A DNA stretch of 63,997 nt, the filler included, from Dirinaria sp. TL-2023a (Eukaryota), in NCBI GenBank assembly GCA_051941275.1. It is 12 parts of 12 records of this genome, joined end to end, with 100 filler letters (N's around TTAATTAATTAA, not from the genome) between each part and the next. Parts side by side here need not be neighbours in the genome. Positions count along the whole stretch, not along the records: positions 21,561 to 26,836 come from JAVEBF010001693.1; positions 26,937 to 32,206 come from JAVEBF010001694.1; positions 32,307 to 37,576 come from JAVEBF010001695.1; 9 more parts are not named here. The stretch is one strand, 5' to 3'. The translations under genes were made by a program, and so were the position numbers. This document shows positions 24,319-35,725 of this stretch, piece by piece. The notes under the pieces were generated by a model. The model was not told the DNA's origin and did not search any database. It was given only the letters and a program-made list of their open reading frames with translations. Position 1 is the first letter of the stretch; each line of letters opens with the position of its first letter.

Positions 24319-26836
24319 ATGGGCACTGTCAGTACCACTGAAACGCTAGGAGAGAAGCTTCGGGTCCGCTCCCGAGGATACCAACTAGAGATGATGGAGG
24401 CCAGCATGCAAAGGAATATCATCGTTGCGGCAGGTATCAATGATCGAAACGAAACAGCTTGTTTTCTGACATGCAGCAGATGGATACTGGTAGTGGGAAA
24501 ACGCAGATGTGTGAAGATCAAACCAAGAAGTTTTCCTCATACTGACTCGAAACTTGGAGAGCGTTACTTCGTATATGCGCTGAAGTAGATCGTCTATCCC
24601 CAGGAAAGGCAGTGAACACTACCATGCATGCGTATTCCAGCGTCTGACTCATTCGCCAGATCATCTGGTTCTTGGCTCCTTCAGTTGCCCTTTGCGAGCA
24701 GCAATATCAGACCATAGTTTCCCAGCTGCCAGCAGTCCGAACAAAATTGTTATTGGGGAGTGACAATGTGGATCGATGGGGTGAGCAAAGCATCTGGGAT
24801 AAAGTGCTCCTGGGATTACATGTGGTGGTTTCGACTCACGCAATATTATCCGATGCCCTTGGTCATGGGTTCGTTAGAATGAGAGATCTGGCATTGATAA
24901 TCTTCGATGAAGGCAAGCTGGCCTACGCGTAGAGGCCTTTCATACTCACGATTTCGCAGCTCATCATTGCACCCGAAATCACCCGGCAAATCGAATCATG
25001 AGAGACTTCTACCACCCCGCGAAATCAGCATCAGGTTCGAGGAAAGTTCCTTGCATTCTAGGCCTTACTGCAAGCCCGATTGTAAGATCGAAGCCAGCAG
25101 AAACGGAGTAAATATCTCTACCACCTAGATTAGTGACACTCCAGCTTATTGCTCGTTAGGACGATCGAAGCAAATCTCGACTCCATCATAGTAACCCCTC
25201 GTGTGAACAGACAAGAGCTACTGAGTTTCGTACATCGTCCTCTAATTGAGACAGCTATTTTTGATCCAACAGTATCCAGTCTTACGATCATGTCCGATAC
25301 GCTAGCCGCGCTTAAATTATTAGTTCAAGAGGATGATCCGTACAAGGTCCTACCCAGTCTCAAGTTGGCAGACGAAGTGAAAGGATCAAAGAAGAAGACT
25401 CAAATGAGAAAATTCTTCAATAAAGCCGCGCATATTGAGGCTGAGCTTGGTGCATGGGCGGCTGATTACTTTATAGGCGCATCAATCGACAGTTTCAAAA
25501 TGGCAATTCGCGAAGGCGGAGAGAAGCTTTTTGGATGGAAAAGCGCGGAAAAGGATAATGTCATGACGTCTCTATCGAGAACAATGATACCAAGGTCTTT
25601 GGCCTCGCAAATTGAAGGAGGCTTTCCGAAGACGTCCGCCAAATTCGTGTGCCTTCTTAACGTCCTTAATCGTGTCTACACGCCGAGTTTTTGTGGGCTA
25701 ATATTTGTCAATCAGCGAGCCACGGTTGTCGCACTCAGTCGGCTTTTGTCAGCGCATCCCGAGACTAAAAAACTTTTCAGATGTGGGACATTCGTGGGTA
25801 TGTCGAGCAATGTGCACAAGAAGAAAGAGCTTGGCGATCTGTTGGACCCTCAAGTACAACAACATACATTAGACGGGTTTCGTGAGGGATCGCTCAATCT
25901 TATCATTGCCACGAACGCCCTCGAGGAAGGGATAGACGTTTCAGCTTGTAACACTGTCATCTGTTTCGACGAGCCACCAAACCTTAAATCGTTCATGCAA
26001 AGACGAGGAAGAGCGAGGAAAGAGGAGTCTAACTTCTTCGTGCTATTGGCTCACGATAGCAGCGTTGTTAACGTCGAGAGATGGCGTCAACTTGAAGATG
26101 AAATGACCGAGGCCTACCAACGTGATCGGATGATGGTAGACGAAGCACGCACGTGGGAAAATATTTATGAGCAGGGATACAGGAACTTTGTTGTTGAATG
26201 TACTGGGTACGTCTCATATCCTCCCTTGTTCAGAAGTCGAATGACATTGTGAGCAGCGCGCTTCTCACCATGGATTCCGCTCTCGGGCACCTGAATCATT
26301 TTTGTACGACTCTCCCAAAAAAGCCATATGCCGCCCACCAACCAGCCTTCAGCTTCACGCAAGGCGAGGCAGCCAGCCAGATTTGGGCCACGGTGTGTTT
26401 GCCGAACTCCATCGATCCCTCTCTTCGTCAGACACGCGGGATACGTAGCTGGCATTCAGAGAAGATGGCAAGTAAAGATGCTGCCTTCCAAGCGTACGTG
26501 AGATTGTATCAAGCTGGCTTGGTGAATGATCACCTCCTGCCCTTTCGGCCAGAGGACCCAGAAACCTTCGAGAAACGACCTCCATTCGTATCTGTGCCCG
26601 ACCAGTACAATCCGTGGATCGAGATTGCAGCATCTTGGGAATCGACCCGCAAATTCTATCGCAAGGTGTTATCCATTCACCGCCCTGGCTTGAGTACGTT
26701 CCAGATAGTTCTCATGCTTCCAATCCATTTTCGATCGTTGCCTGACTTCTCTTTGCATATCGACGCTGAGGTTACCTATTCCGTCTCAATGCATGAGCAA
26801 TTCATGGATGGAATTAGTAATAAGACTGATCTGTCT
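24319..26836 (+). CDS. dcl2: Dicer-like protein 2 (helicase and dimerization/DUF283 domains visible; RNase III half lost at the contig end)
   Basis: Spliced product [29 protein letters not shown]|..[118 protein letters not shown] matches the fungal DCL2 architecture. Confidence 0.93.
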
Positions 26837-27975
26837 NNNNNNNNNNNNNNNNNNNNNNNNNNNNNNNNNNNNNNNNNNNNTTAATTAATTAANNNNNNNN
26901 NNNNNNNNNNNNNNNNNNNNNNNNNNNNNNNNNNNNCGATTTGAGTTTGGTTATTATTTTTTGAAAGGCAGGGAGGGAAGGGGTGAGAAAGAAATGCCTT
27001 TTTTCTTCTTCTTTTCTTCATAGAATTGCTTCTATCTGAAATTATTAAACCCACCATCTCAATTTCCCCAGGAAAAAAAACATTCATGATATCGCTCGTT
27101 CCTATCATATCATACCATCCATTATCTCCCGCTTTTCTTTTCTCAAATACATCTCATCCTTCGCAGCAGCTTAGCTTGTTTCGCAAAAAACCCTGATGTA
27201 TGGGGTCTCATATTTATAATTCTAAATAAATCCAATATCATGAACATAAGAGGGAAGAATTAAATCTATGCCTTTTCTTTTTTCTTTCCTTTCCCTTTTT
27301 CCGGAGGAAAGAAGAAATAAATGATCACTTCGCATAAATTTTTATGCACTACTACAATATAACGCTATCACTAACGCCAAAGTCTCAAAAATGTCCAAAG
27401 AAAAGAAATAGAGAAAGGGACAGAAGAAAGGATAATAAGAAAAATTAAATCCGCGATTATAATAGAAATATAAAGAAACTCTAGACAAGGTAAGCAGAGA
27501 CGAGGAAAAGGAAGAGAGAATGAAGAAAAAGTACGGGGTGGCGGGAAGAGAGAGGTTCTTTGTGAAATGCGATTTTTGTTCTAGAGGGGAGCGGGGCTTG
27601 GAAAAAGATGGGGTAGATTGCTAAGCAGCGGCGACGTGAGAGTTAAGATGTGGAAGGGAAAAAAAAAGAGCGTCGAAGAATGTTGTTTTTGGGGGGGGTT
27701 TTTAGGTAAGTCTTGATAATTCTGGGGAGGTGTGGCTTTGACATTGGGTCAGGTTGGGTTTCGTTGGGTTAGGCATAGAAGGAGCACGGGAAGGAGGTTT
27801 TAAGTGAGATAAGTTTTAATGTTGTAGAATGTATATGCGAATGCTATGGAAAACTTTCTGATGCTGCCTTTTTTCTTTTAGCTTCGTAATGAAAGCGTAC
27901 ATGATTTTTTTTTCGTTAATTGGATCTGGGTATCATTCGTCAGGGAAATGCGTCGCTTGTTTTTGCAGAGGAAGC

Positions 27976-28210
27976 CATCGTCTCGTTCTTTCCTTCACTT
28001 TCTTATGAGGTCGTTATATGCTTCTACTCGATATGTGGTAGGGAATGCCACTCGTATCTCAAGGAGTTCATCATCTCGGTTTTTCGTCCGCTTTCTTATC
28101 AGGTCGTATGCTTCTGCCGAATTCCTCAGGAAAGTCGAGCCATCGTGTCCAGAGGAGGTCCCCATCTCGTTTTTCGTCCAGTCTCTTATCGGGTCGTATA
28201 CATCTGCCAA
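27976..28210. repeat. Three imperfect ~48-55 nt direct repeats with a period of ~91-96 nt
   Basis: Copies at about 27976-28030, 28072-28120 and 28163-28210 share CATCTCG-TTTTTCGTCC-CTTTCTTATCAGGTCGTATGCTTCTGCC and are separated by ~41-42 nt of unrelated sequence. Confidence 0.7.
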
Positions 28211-28240
28211 TTGACACCATCACTCCCGCCCTGCAGAGAC

Positions 28241-29671
28241 TTATCTTTGCGGCCGCCGAGGCAGTTCAAAGTCCGGTTCAATGGGAATAATGGCCAAACT
28301 GCCACGCAACCATGACCTCAACGCCTTCAACACGTTCATCCGGGCAGTGGCGTCTACATCCGGCGCATCATGGGCGACTCGTTTGTGAGACACAAGCTCC
28401 AATTTGCTAAGGCGTCTGTGTGCGCCTTTCAGCCCGTTTAAGAGCGTGTACCAATTGCCGGGAAGCAGTTCGATGTCGTCCAAGTGCAGGTCGACAAGGG
28501 AAGGGCAGGCACGCAGGAAGGCTTGCAGATGGGTTTCATGGAACCAGAAGTTGACGAGATTTAGCGACCGGAGGTGCGGGAACGTCGCCATGGACCCTGA
28601 CATCGGCAGATGTATGTGGCCCGGGTTCTGGTCACGTTCTTCTGCGTGTTTGGAGGTACATCCCAGGAACAGCGTCTTGAAACTGGTTGCCGAATTGATG
28701 ATCTCGGCCAGTACAGCGGCCGGCGCGTTTGACGACGGTTCAACTAACAGCATTTCTGGAAGCAGTGCCTGGACCTGGCTCTCCTCTTGGGTGAGTCTCA
28801 ACGCACCAAGGCTCAACGATCTTACATTGCCAACCGCGGACGAAATCGTGGGGATTGAGACCTCCGAGAGGAGATTGCTCAATGATATCGGCAATGGCAC
28901 GGCGCTCTGTGAAGGCTTCGGTCTTTTATACTCACTTGTCTTGACTTCGACGGATGTTGGACCAACAACCTCAAGCGCTTTGAACAGTACGGCCAAGGAG
29001 TGGACCGGCGACAGCCTGTCGGTAACATTGGCCCAACCGCTTTCTATTAGCGCAAGACGGCCTTGTCCAGACTTTATATTAGTGTTGTCGATGATGATGG
29101 TCTTGAGATTCGGGAAGCGCCTGATCGCATCGACTAACAAATTGACATCCCTTCCAGATTCTTGAAGCTTCTGCTGCTCCCTTCCGGCACGATCCAGTCC
29201 ATCATATGCATGCCACGGGGAGATTCCGTCACACGTTTTGCAGTGGCGCCAGCCCCGAACACCAATGGCTCTGTGGATTTTGTACATTAAGATTCTGGTC
29301 CCCAAAAGGTTCCCAAGACCGGCCAGGGTCGTTTGCGGATCTTCTCCTGAATCGGCATCTCGAAAATGTCTCAACCATTGCCACCTTAGGAAGTCTTCTT
29401 GATCTGGCACCTTTGGGGTGTCATTGCAGATGACAAGCTCCTCGACAGCGTTTGCCATAATTGGACATACTGTCAGGTTACATAGACCTAGTAGGCCACG
29501 CTTAGTCAAGGAGAACCTTTGGCATCTGAATCTTTTCGCTGCTCCCTCACACGACAGTCCTCTATCCCTAATGGAGCAAGGTAAATACATGATGTCCTGA
29601 TTGGAAAGGTACTGGAAAACGTTTTCTAGAACCTCGAAGGGGAGGGGGAAAATGGGCTCATCGTTGGCCAT
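28241..29671 (-). CDS. F-box-like protein with degenerate LRR/RNI-like repeats
   Basis: 476-aa ORF. The N-terminal LPFEVLENVFQYLSNQDI is F-box-like. LRR-like strands include FPNLKTIII, VRSLSLGAL, FPHLRSLNLVNF and PSLVDLHLDDIEL. Confidence 0.7.
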   Translation of the reverse strand: MANDEPIFPLPFEVLENVFQYLSNQDIMYLPCSIRDRGLSCEGAAKRFRCQRFSLTKRGLLGLCNLTVCPIMANAVEELVICNDTPKVPDQEDFLRWQWLRHFRDADSGEDPQTTLAGLGNLLGTRILMYKIHRAIGVRGWRHCKTCDGISPWHAYDGLDRAGREQQKLQESGRDVNLLVDAIRRFPNLKTIIIDNTNIKSGQGRLALIESGWANVTDRLSPVHSLAVLFKALEVVGPTSVEVKTSEYKRPKPSQSAVPLPISLSNLLSEVSIPTISSAVGNVRSLSLGALRLTQEESQVQALLPEMLLVEPSSNAPAAVLAEIINSATSFKTLFLGCTSKHAEERDQNPGHIHLPMSGSMATFPHLRSLNLVNFWFHETHLQAFLRACPSLVDLHLDDIELLPGNWYTLLNGLKGAHRRLSKLELVSHKRVAHDAPDVDATARMNVLKALRSWLRGSLAIIPIEPDFELPRRPQR

Positions 29672-30797
29672 TGTTGGGTATATGATTAGAGGATTGATTA
29701 ATCTAAGTATGGCGATCGTAGATGCATTAATTTGGGAGGATGCTGATGTAGAGAGTTATAAAGACTGGAGTTAGTGGTGATGATGAAGCCCACCTTTGGG
29801 GGAACGGGCATATATATTACAATTCCTAGCCTCGAGAAAGTATCAACATTAATCTGCGACATCTCGCTCACCGAGAATGAGCTCACTCTGAAGCGTTGAT
29901 AATGAAAATTTTCATCTGTTGTATGAATGCAGAATTGTGAGTCAAAGAGCTCAACAAACCAAACGCGATGTTGAAAAACAAAAAATCGAAGTGAACTAGT
30001 CGTAAGAACTAGCGCATTCTGGACAGTAACCCTACGAGCGATTTTGGTTTCCTCATTCTCGCAGCCCAACCAATTGAAAGCTGCAAGCCACTCGAAAGCT
30101 AATCTTTAAAGAGAAGAATATCTATATAAAGAGAAAAGGAGACTCTTCGTGGCACAGAGTACGTAAGTAGCGATCTCAGTCCAGAACCCACCTTAGCTTA
30201 GCTTGGCGACGTGATCATGGGAGTATAGATGAAGTATAAAGTATATGAATACCATGAGGAGAAAGAGAAAGCAGTAAATATAGTACGCAGTGTTCAGAAT
30301 CTTCTCTGGCCACAGACCATGTACAAGGGAAGTCGAGAGTTGACTATCGAAGCTTCGCCTGTTTTTGTAGAGGATGATAATACTGTAGGAAATAGGAATG
30401 TTTTGAGGCATTGGAGAAGGGATGTGCTAAGGCGTTGATGCAGTATTGTAATTAAAGAGAGCGAGTGGTGGGATTACTCATGCCAACACAGCGATAGACT
30501 TGCTTCTTCATGATTGTCCGCCGAGGCGGACAGATCAAACGTGTTGTTTACGCCACGGTTCTGTTGATCTTGGCATATCTTGGCATTCAAAAGAAGACCG
30601 AAATCTGCACCCAGCTCAGCCAAGAGTCCAAGACCTCTTCCAGGATTGCCGCTTTTAGCGAGCGAGCGAGCTAGGTGACCGGGTAAGGTAACTCAGCAGT
30701 AAGGTAGCATAATCTCGGACCTTACAATCCGGAGTAAGACTCGTGGCAAAGTGAACTCTTCTCTCTTTTGTAGCTTCGCCAACGAGCGCGTACTCCC

Positions 30798-32042
30798 ATG
30801 ATGTCGCTCTCCGAGAACGAGATCAAGGCTATGCATGCTGAGATCCAACATGTCTCATCCACGAAGAAGCTGCTAGCTAGACCTGCTTTGCAAGCCATGC
30901 TAGATCTCATTAACCCCTCGTTCAGTATCTCGCCGGTGGAGCTTCTCCGCCAGTATCTTGCTCGCATCAAAGCAGCCGAAGGTTCATTAAAGGTATTGTT
31001 TTTCATCTTCATTACTATTCGAATCTCTGCCTCTTTCTATCGAAATCTGTTCTAGTACCTGAAATATTCCGGATCACTGCGAGTGATACATCCATCCCTC
31101 AGATTGTCCAGGTTTTTGGTCTAAATTTCGATATACTGTCTATGGATGCTCGGTGGACGCTGGCAGAAGGCAGCATACTTAAGGAGCCTAAAATACTACG
31201 TACGTCTGCATGTTATCCTGTAATTAGTGATCAATCATTTATTGAGCTGTTTTGGAGGACGAAACCTGAACGATCTCCGCGACGCCTTTTATGAGGAGCA
31301 ATCAGAGGCTACTTGCCGTACCGCGATCGATATCATCCTTATCCAATGTCGAAAATATGTACGACTCAAACACAATCTCGCCAAAGCCGAAACCGCTGCT
31401 CTTACCACATCGTCGACTTCTCTGAAGGGTGCCCTCAACGTGCCCACCGAAACACCAAAAAAGCCTATCAAGTTATACCCTGCATCCACCATTTCTGTGG
31501 AGATTCCCAATCGATCGGTTCCGAATAGCAAATTCCTTGTTAGCGGTCGCGCCGATTGGGCAATGGGATACAGCTCAATGGATGAGGATGGAGCTCTATT
31601 TGTTGCCGTGCAGGCAAAACAGAGATCAGAGCTCAGTACCGGGGAGTCGCAACTCATTACCTATCTTGCCATTCTCCGGGAGAACCGCCGTAGAGCAGGC
31701 AAAACAAACACCATCACACAAGGCTTTTACAGTGACGGTACTCGTTTCGGATTCGTCTGCATCGGGGATAGTGGAGCCATTGTGCAATCTCCAACCTGGG
31801 ATACTCAAGCCGAGGGAGGTCTGGGGATGGTGTTTAGCTTCATTGTTGCTATGCTCGAAAAAGCTCTGAAAAGTACCCCCGCCGCCACACCTACAAAGCC
31901 CGGCGTGCTGCAGGATAAAGAAATCCACAACTTCGATGATGATGAGGTCTGGTCAAAGGTCTACACATCAATGGACGAGAGTATGGTAGTAGGCGACGAT
32001 AGCAGCGATGATGACACGAACGATGTGGTTGACTTGTCGTGA
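30798..32042 (+). CDS. Fungal PD-(D/E)xK restriction-endonuclease-fold protein with atypical catalytic residues
   Basis: Probably 3 exons; the 5' junctions are uncertain. The last exon has the family pattern SEATCRTAIDIIL..VSGRADWAMGY..FVAVQAK..SQLITYLA..QGFYSDGTRFGFVCI..SPTW and an acidic tail. Confidence 0.7.
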
Positions 32043-33151
32043 TTTATTCCGAACCAAGCTACTTTTCAAAACCAGAAAGGGCGATGTGCAACTTGCAGCT
32101 CCTATATCAATACTATACGGCAATATCTCGTACTGAAACCTGTACGACATAAAGAAGCTAAGTAAGCTAGGCAAATCATAAACCGAAGTTCCATATACAA
32201 AAGAAGNNNNNNNNNNNNNNNNNNNNNNNNNNNNNNNNNNNNNNNNNNNNTTAATTAATTAANNNNNNNNNNNNNNNNNNNNNNNNNNNNNNNNNNNNNN
32301 NNNNNNCTGGTTGTCGATTGCTGCGATTATGTTCATGGGGGGATGGGTCCTTGGTGTTGCTACATGGACTTTCATTCGATATATGTTTTCCAGCTGTGTG
32401 CCATTACTGCTGCAGCGCTTTTACTGGAGTTGGATCGCCGGAGGCGCTTGAGGCTTCCATTGATTCGGTGAGGTCGCCTGCGTGCTATCAATGCGCCGGT
32501 TCGGTATTTTCGTTCGGTGCTATAAAATTTTTTCTTTCTTTTTCTTTTTCTTTTCCTTTTCCTTTTCTCTTCCTTTTTTTCTTTTTTGTGATTCTTGTTG
32601 TTCCCTTCAAAAAAGCACAGCCTGCGAATTGGACCAAGAATCGTGATAAATGCTAGGTCAAGTTATGCTTCCTCAGATTATTGGGAAGGTGTCGACATTC
32701 TAAACCGCAACGAAGGCGCAGACAGGAAGAAAACCTTGGATGTCCATATTCGTAAAGTAAGAGAGCTACGTCGTCAACATTAACGCACTCAGCCCTCTAT
32801 TCGCCACGCGCTCAGACCAAAATCCTCGGACAGATGCCAGTCGAAGGTATATTAGACTCAGCCCTGTGGCATCCGATCTAGCTCGGTTTGGGAAAGTGTC
32901 ATCCTGTCAAAAGCACGCGACCAAGGCAGGAAGGCCATGATGCATCGCCTTATCAAAGTGGGCATTGAGGATCAAATTGGCGAACGTTTCAGAAGTATCT
33001 TGGGCTTGCCTATATTATTACTTTTCTTTTATTGCTACGCCACTCGAACCCTCAGCGTTGCCCCAGGATGCAGAGTCGGACTGCGTAGGGTCATGCTGTT
33101 CTTGGACTAGTATAAGGCAACGCTTCGATCCTTCGTTAAGTAGGTAGTCAC

Positions 33152-34898
33152 CTATGCTAGGACACGATGCAACACACCTCCCAGGACTCCCCTTACCTTT
33201 GTCGGATTATCATGAGCTACAGTGAATAAAGTAGCTGTGCTCACAGAAAATGCCAGCTTTTCCTTCCAGAGATGCTGGCTCACCACATCAGCTTCAATAT
33301 CATTGGGATCGGAAACTGCCAACTGACCTGCTTCGGGTAACGTCTCGGAAACAGTGTAGCCGCTGCCCTAGGAACAACGAACATGGCAAGTTCCTGTCTT
33401 CTCTTCTCTGCCTCAAGGAGGATAGACCATCCGCAAAGCAGACAGCCTGCACGTACGCAGATGCCCGAGTCCCACATCGTCGGACTCACTGTTTGCTTGC
33501 TGAAGATCTTTGGACCAAGCCTTGTCCGCGAGAGACATACGCCGTAATAGAAAAGACTTACAAACGCGCCTAGAAATGCCGAAGAGCGGACAGCTTCTCT
33601 ACAAGCTTTTCGAAGAGCCTCAAGGCTTGGATGGCTCGCTCTAAGAAGTAGTTGTAGAGGCAGGTACATCGCCAATGCAAACCTAAAAGCCTTCGTGAAC
33701 CTTAAGATAGCATGCCAGTGACAAGAACGGCCTGCACCCATGTGGACCATTTCGCATGGGATGGGGATGAATTTCGACGGATCACCCCATTCAAGTGGCC
33801 AGTCATATTCTCTACACATGCTTTGCAGCAGAGGCGCTTGCCCAGTGTCTTTTCCGTAAACAAATTCTCCCCACCGTACCCTTCGCAGTGCTTCAATGAG
33901 GCGCTGGTCGACTTGTGCCGCTGACTTGATCCAGTCGTTATATGCCCGTGGAAGCCTCTCTGGAAGGTAAAACCAAGCCCACATAACGGTACCAGCACTT
34001 ATGGCAAATACGGAAGCATCCGTATATCGAGAGATAAATTGCTCTGCAGAGTTCCACTTCTTTTGCCCTATCCTCGTCAATTTACGGCGGAGCCAAAGCT
34101 CGTGAATGACCGTTTCCATAGCGCGAGACACCGCAAATAGGGTAAGATCCATGGATCCGCCGGCTAACTTTTCCGATGCTTTTGGGATATGCTTTCCTTG
34201 TTCCGAAAGTCCATTTGAAACGCGTCCATCAACGGGACTCTGGAGCCGAACTTCTTTCGAAGTGTTGAGTAGGTTTAGAGACAGCCATGCGGAAGTAAGC
34301 GCCGCGACAAAGCGGGATGCCGCGACGATCACTGGTCCACGGCGTCGCCATTTATGAGGTCGTAGATGGCTCGAAAAAGTTTTCAAAATAATTTGAATTG
34401 GGAATCGGAGAAAGGTATATCCTGCAACTAAAGTACCACAAAAAAAGGGAAAATCGTAGATACTGGACGAGTTGACAAGAACACGGTAAACCTGTATATA
34501 GTGAGATTCGTTTCATAGAAGTCAGAAATCATCATTGGGTCATGAAATTGCATCCGAAAAAGATAGAGGACATCAAGATGCAATTACATGGCAAATGGGG
34601 TACTCACACCAGCAATGAAATCATGAAGACTGAGGTTCTTCCTTCGCCTGCTATAGAGAACATTGAGCAACTTAGGTCCGACAGTGGATGTGTAAGATAG
34701 CCCGTAGGCCTTCAGAACCCTAGTATTACGAGTATGTCAGCAGCTTCCTTCTCACCGGCCGTGGATCAACGCTTTAGAAGTTTGTTACTAAATGATGACT
34801 ACTGCTATGCCTATGATGCGGAAGGGGCTGACTCACGGCTGAAGCAATTTTAAGATCGTTCGATTCTCGTAGCAATCCAACGAAAGACGTTCTATCAT
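33152..34898 (-). CDS. TMEM135/PMP52-like integral membrane protein
   Basis: Motifs MDLTLFAVSRA, VMWAWFYLPERLP, PCEMVHMG..SC, RSSAFLGAFV and SILLEAEKRRQELAMFVVPRA. The final exon HLWKEKLAFSVS..VRGVLGGVLHRVLA* ends at 33152. The start codon is uncertain. Confidence 0.85.
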
Positions 34899-35725
34899 CG
34901 CTCAGATTCACGTAATGGCTGCAGAGTATGGCGGCTCGACAATGAAGAAGTTGGTTATCCAGAATTTGGTCTGCTACTCCAGAATATCTCTGATGAGGAA
35001 AATTTTCGAGGCTTGAGCAGCCCGACAGGTCAGCTGTCAGACTCGAGTCGCGCCAAAACCTCGCCTGTTATTCTGACCTTCGCTTGAATACAGTCACCAG
35101 TGTAATTGGCCTTTGTGCAGTTGAACAGGGGTGGAGTAATTACAACTCGCGACTCGCTTGAGGCCAGAAGTCCTAAAAGAATGCCTCAGGCAGTTTTGTT
35201 GCGGGTTTTGATGAGCTTTCGGATGTCGCAAGAGACAGGATATCCGCATCTTCGATCAATGGAAGGATATCAACAGACACCCTGTCATCAGAAAATCTTA
35301 AATCTTACTTTTCTTCAACACGGACGCGCTTCACGAAAACAGGGGTCAGCGCTAAAACGATGCATATCGATAGACGCGGCAGCCGCGCTTGGGAAAATTT
35401 GCATGTGACGAAATTGTTGGGATGTGCGGATCACGCTCGCGATCTTCAATTGCCTGGGCAAAGTGGGCGATTCGAGCAGCACTCTGACTCTAACACCAGC
35501 CCTGGGTATTGACCAGCATCTGTGACAGATGTCTCCCTTGTATCTTTGCAGAAGCCGTTACACCCTCCTCTCTTCTCCATGTTCCCAAAGACCCTAAGCG
35601 TTTAACATGTGAATTGGAAGCCGTGGCACGCAGTCTACCTAACCGAACTGGCATGGGACGTTATTGGTCGACTTGATCTCGATTCCAAAAGGCTTAAAAG
35701 TGTAAAGACTCTCGCGTGCACCGGG

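Noticed and set aside
26937..27900. AT-rich, homopolymer-rich tract suggesting a RIP-mutated transposon
   Set aside because: No transposase or RT remnants are visible and CpA/CpG dinucleotides persist. It looks like low-complexity intergenic DNA.
27976..28210. CRISPR-like repeat/spacer pattern
   Set aside because: There are only three divergent copies with indels, the context is eukaryotic, and no cas genes are present.
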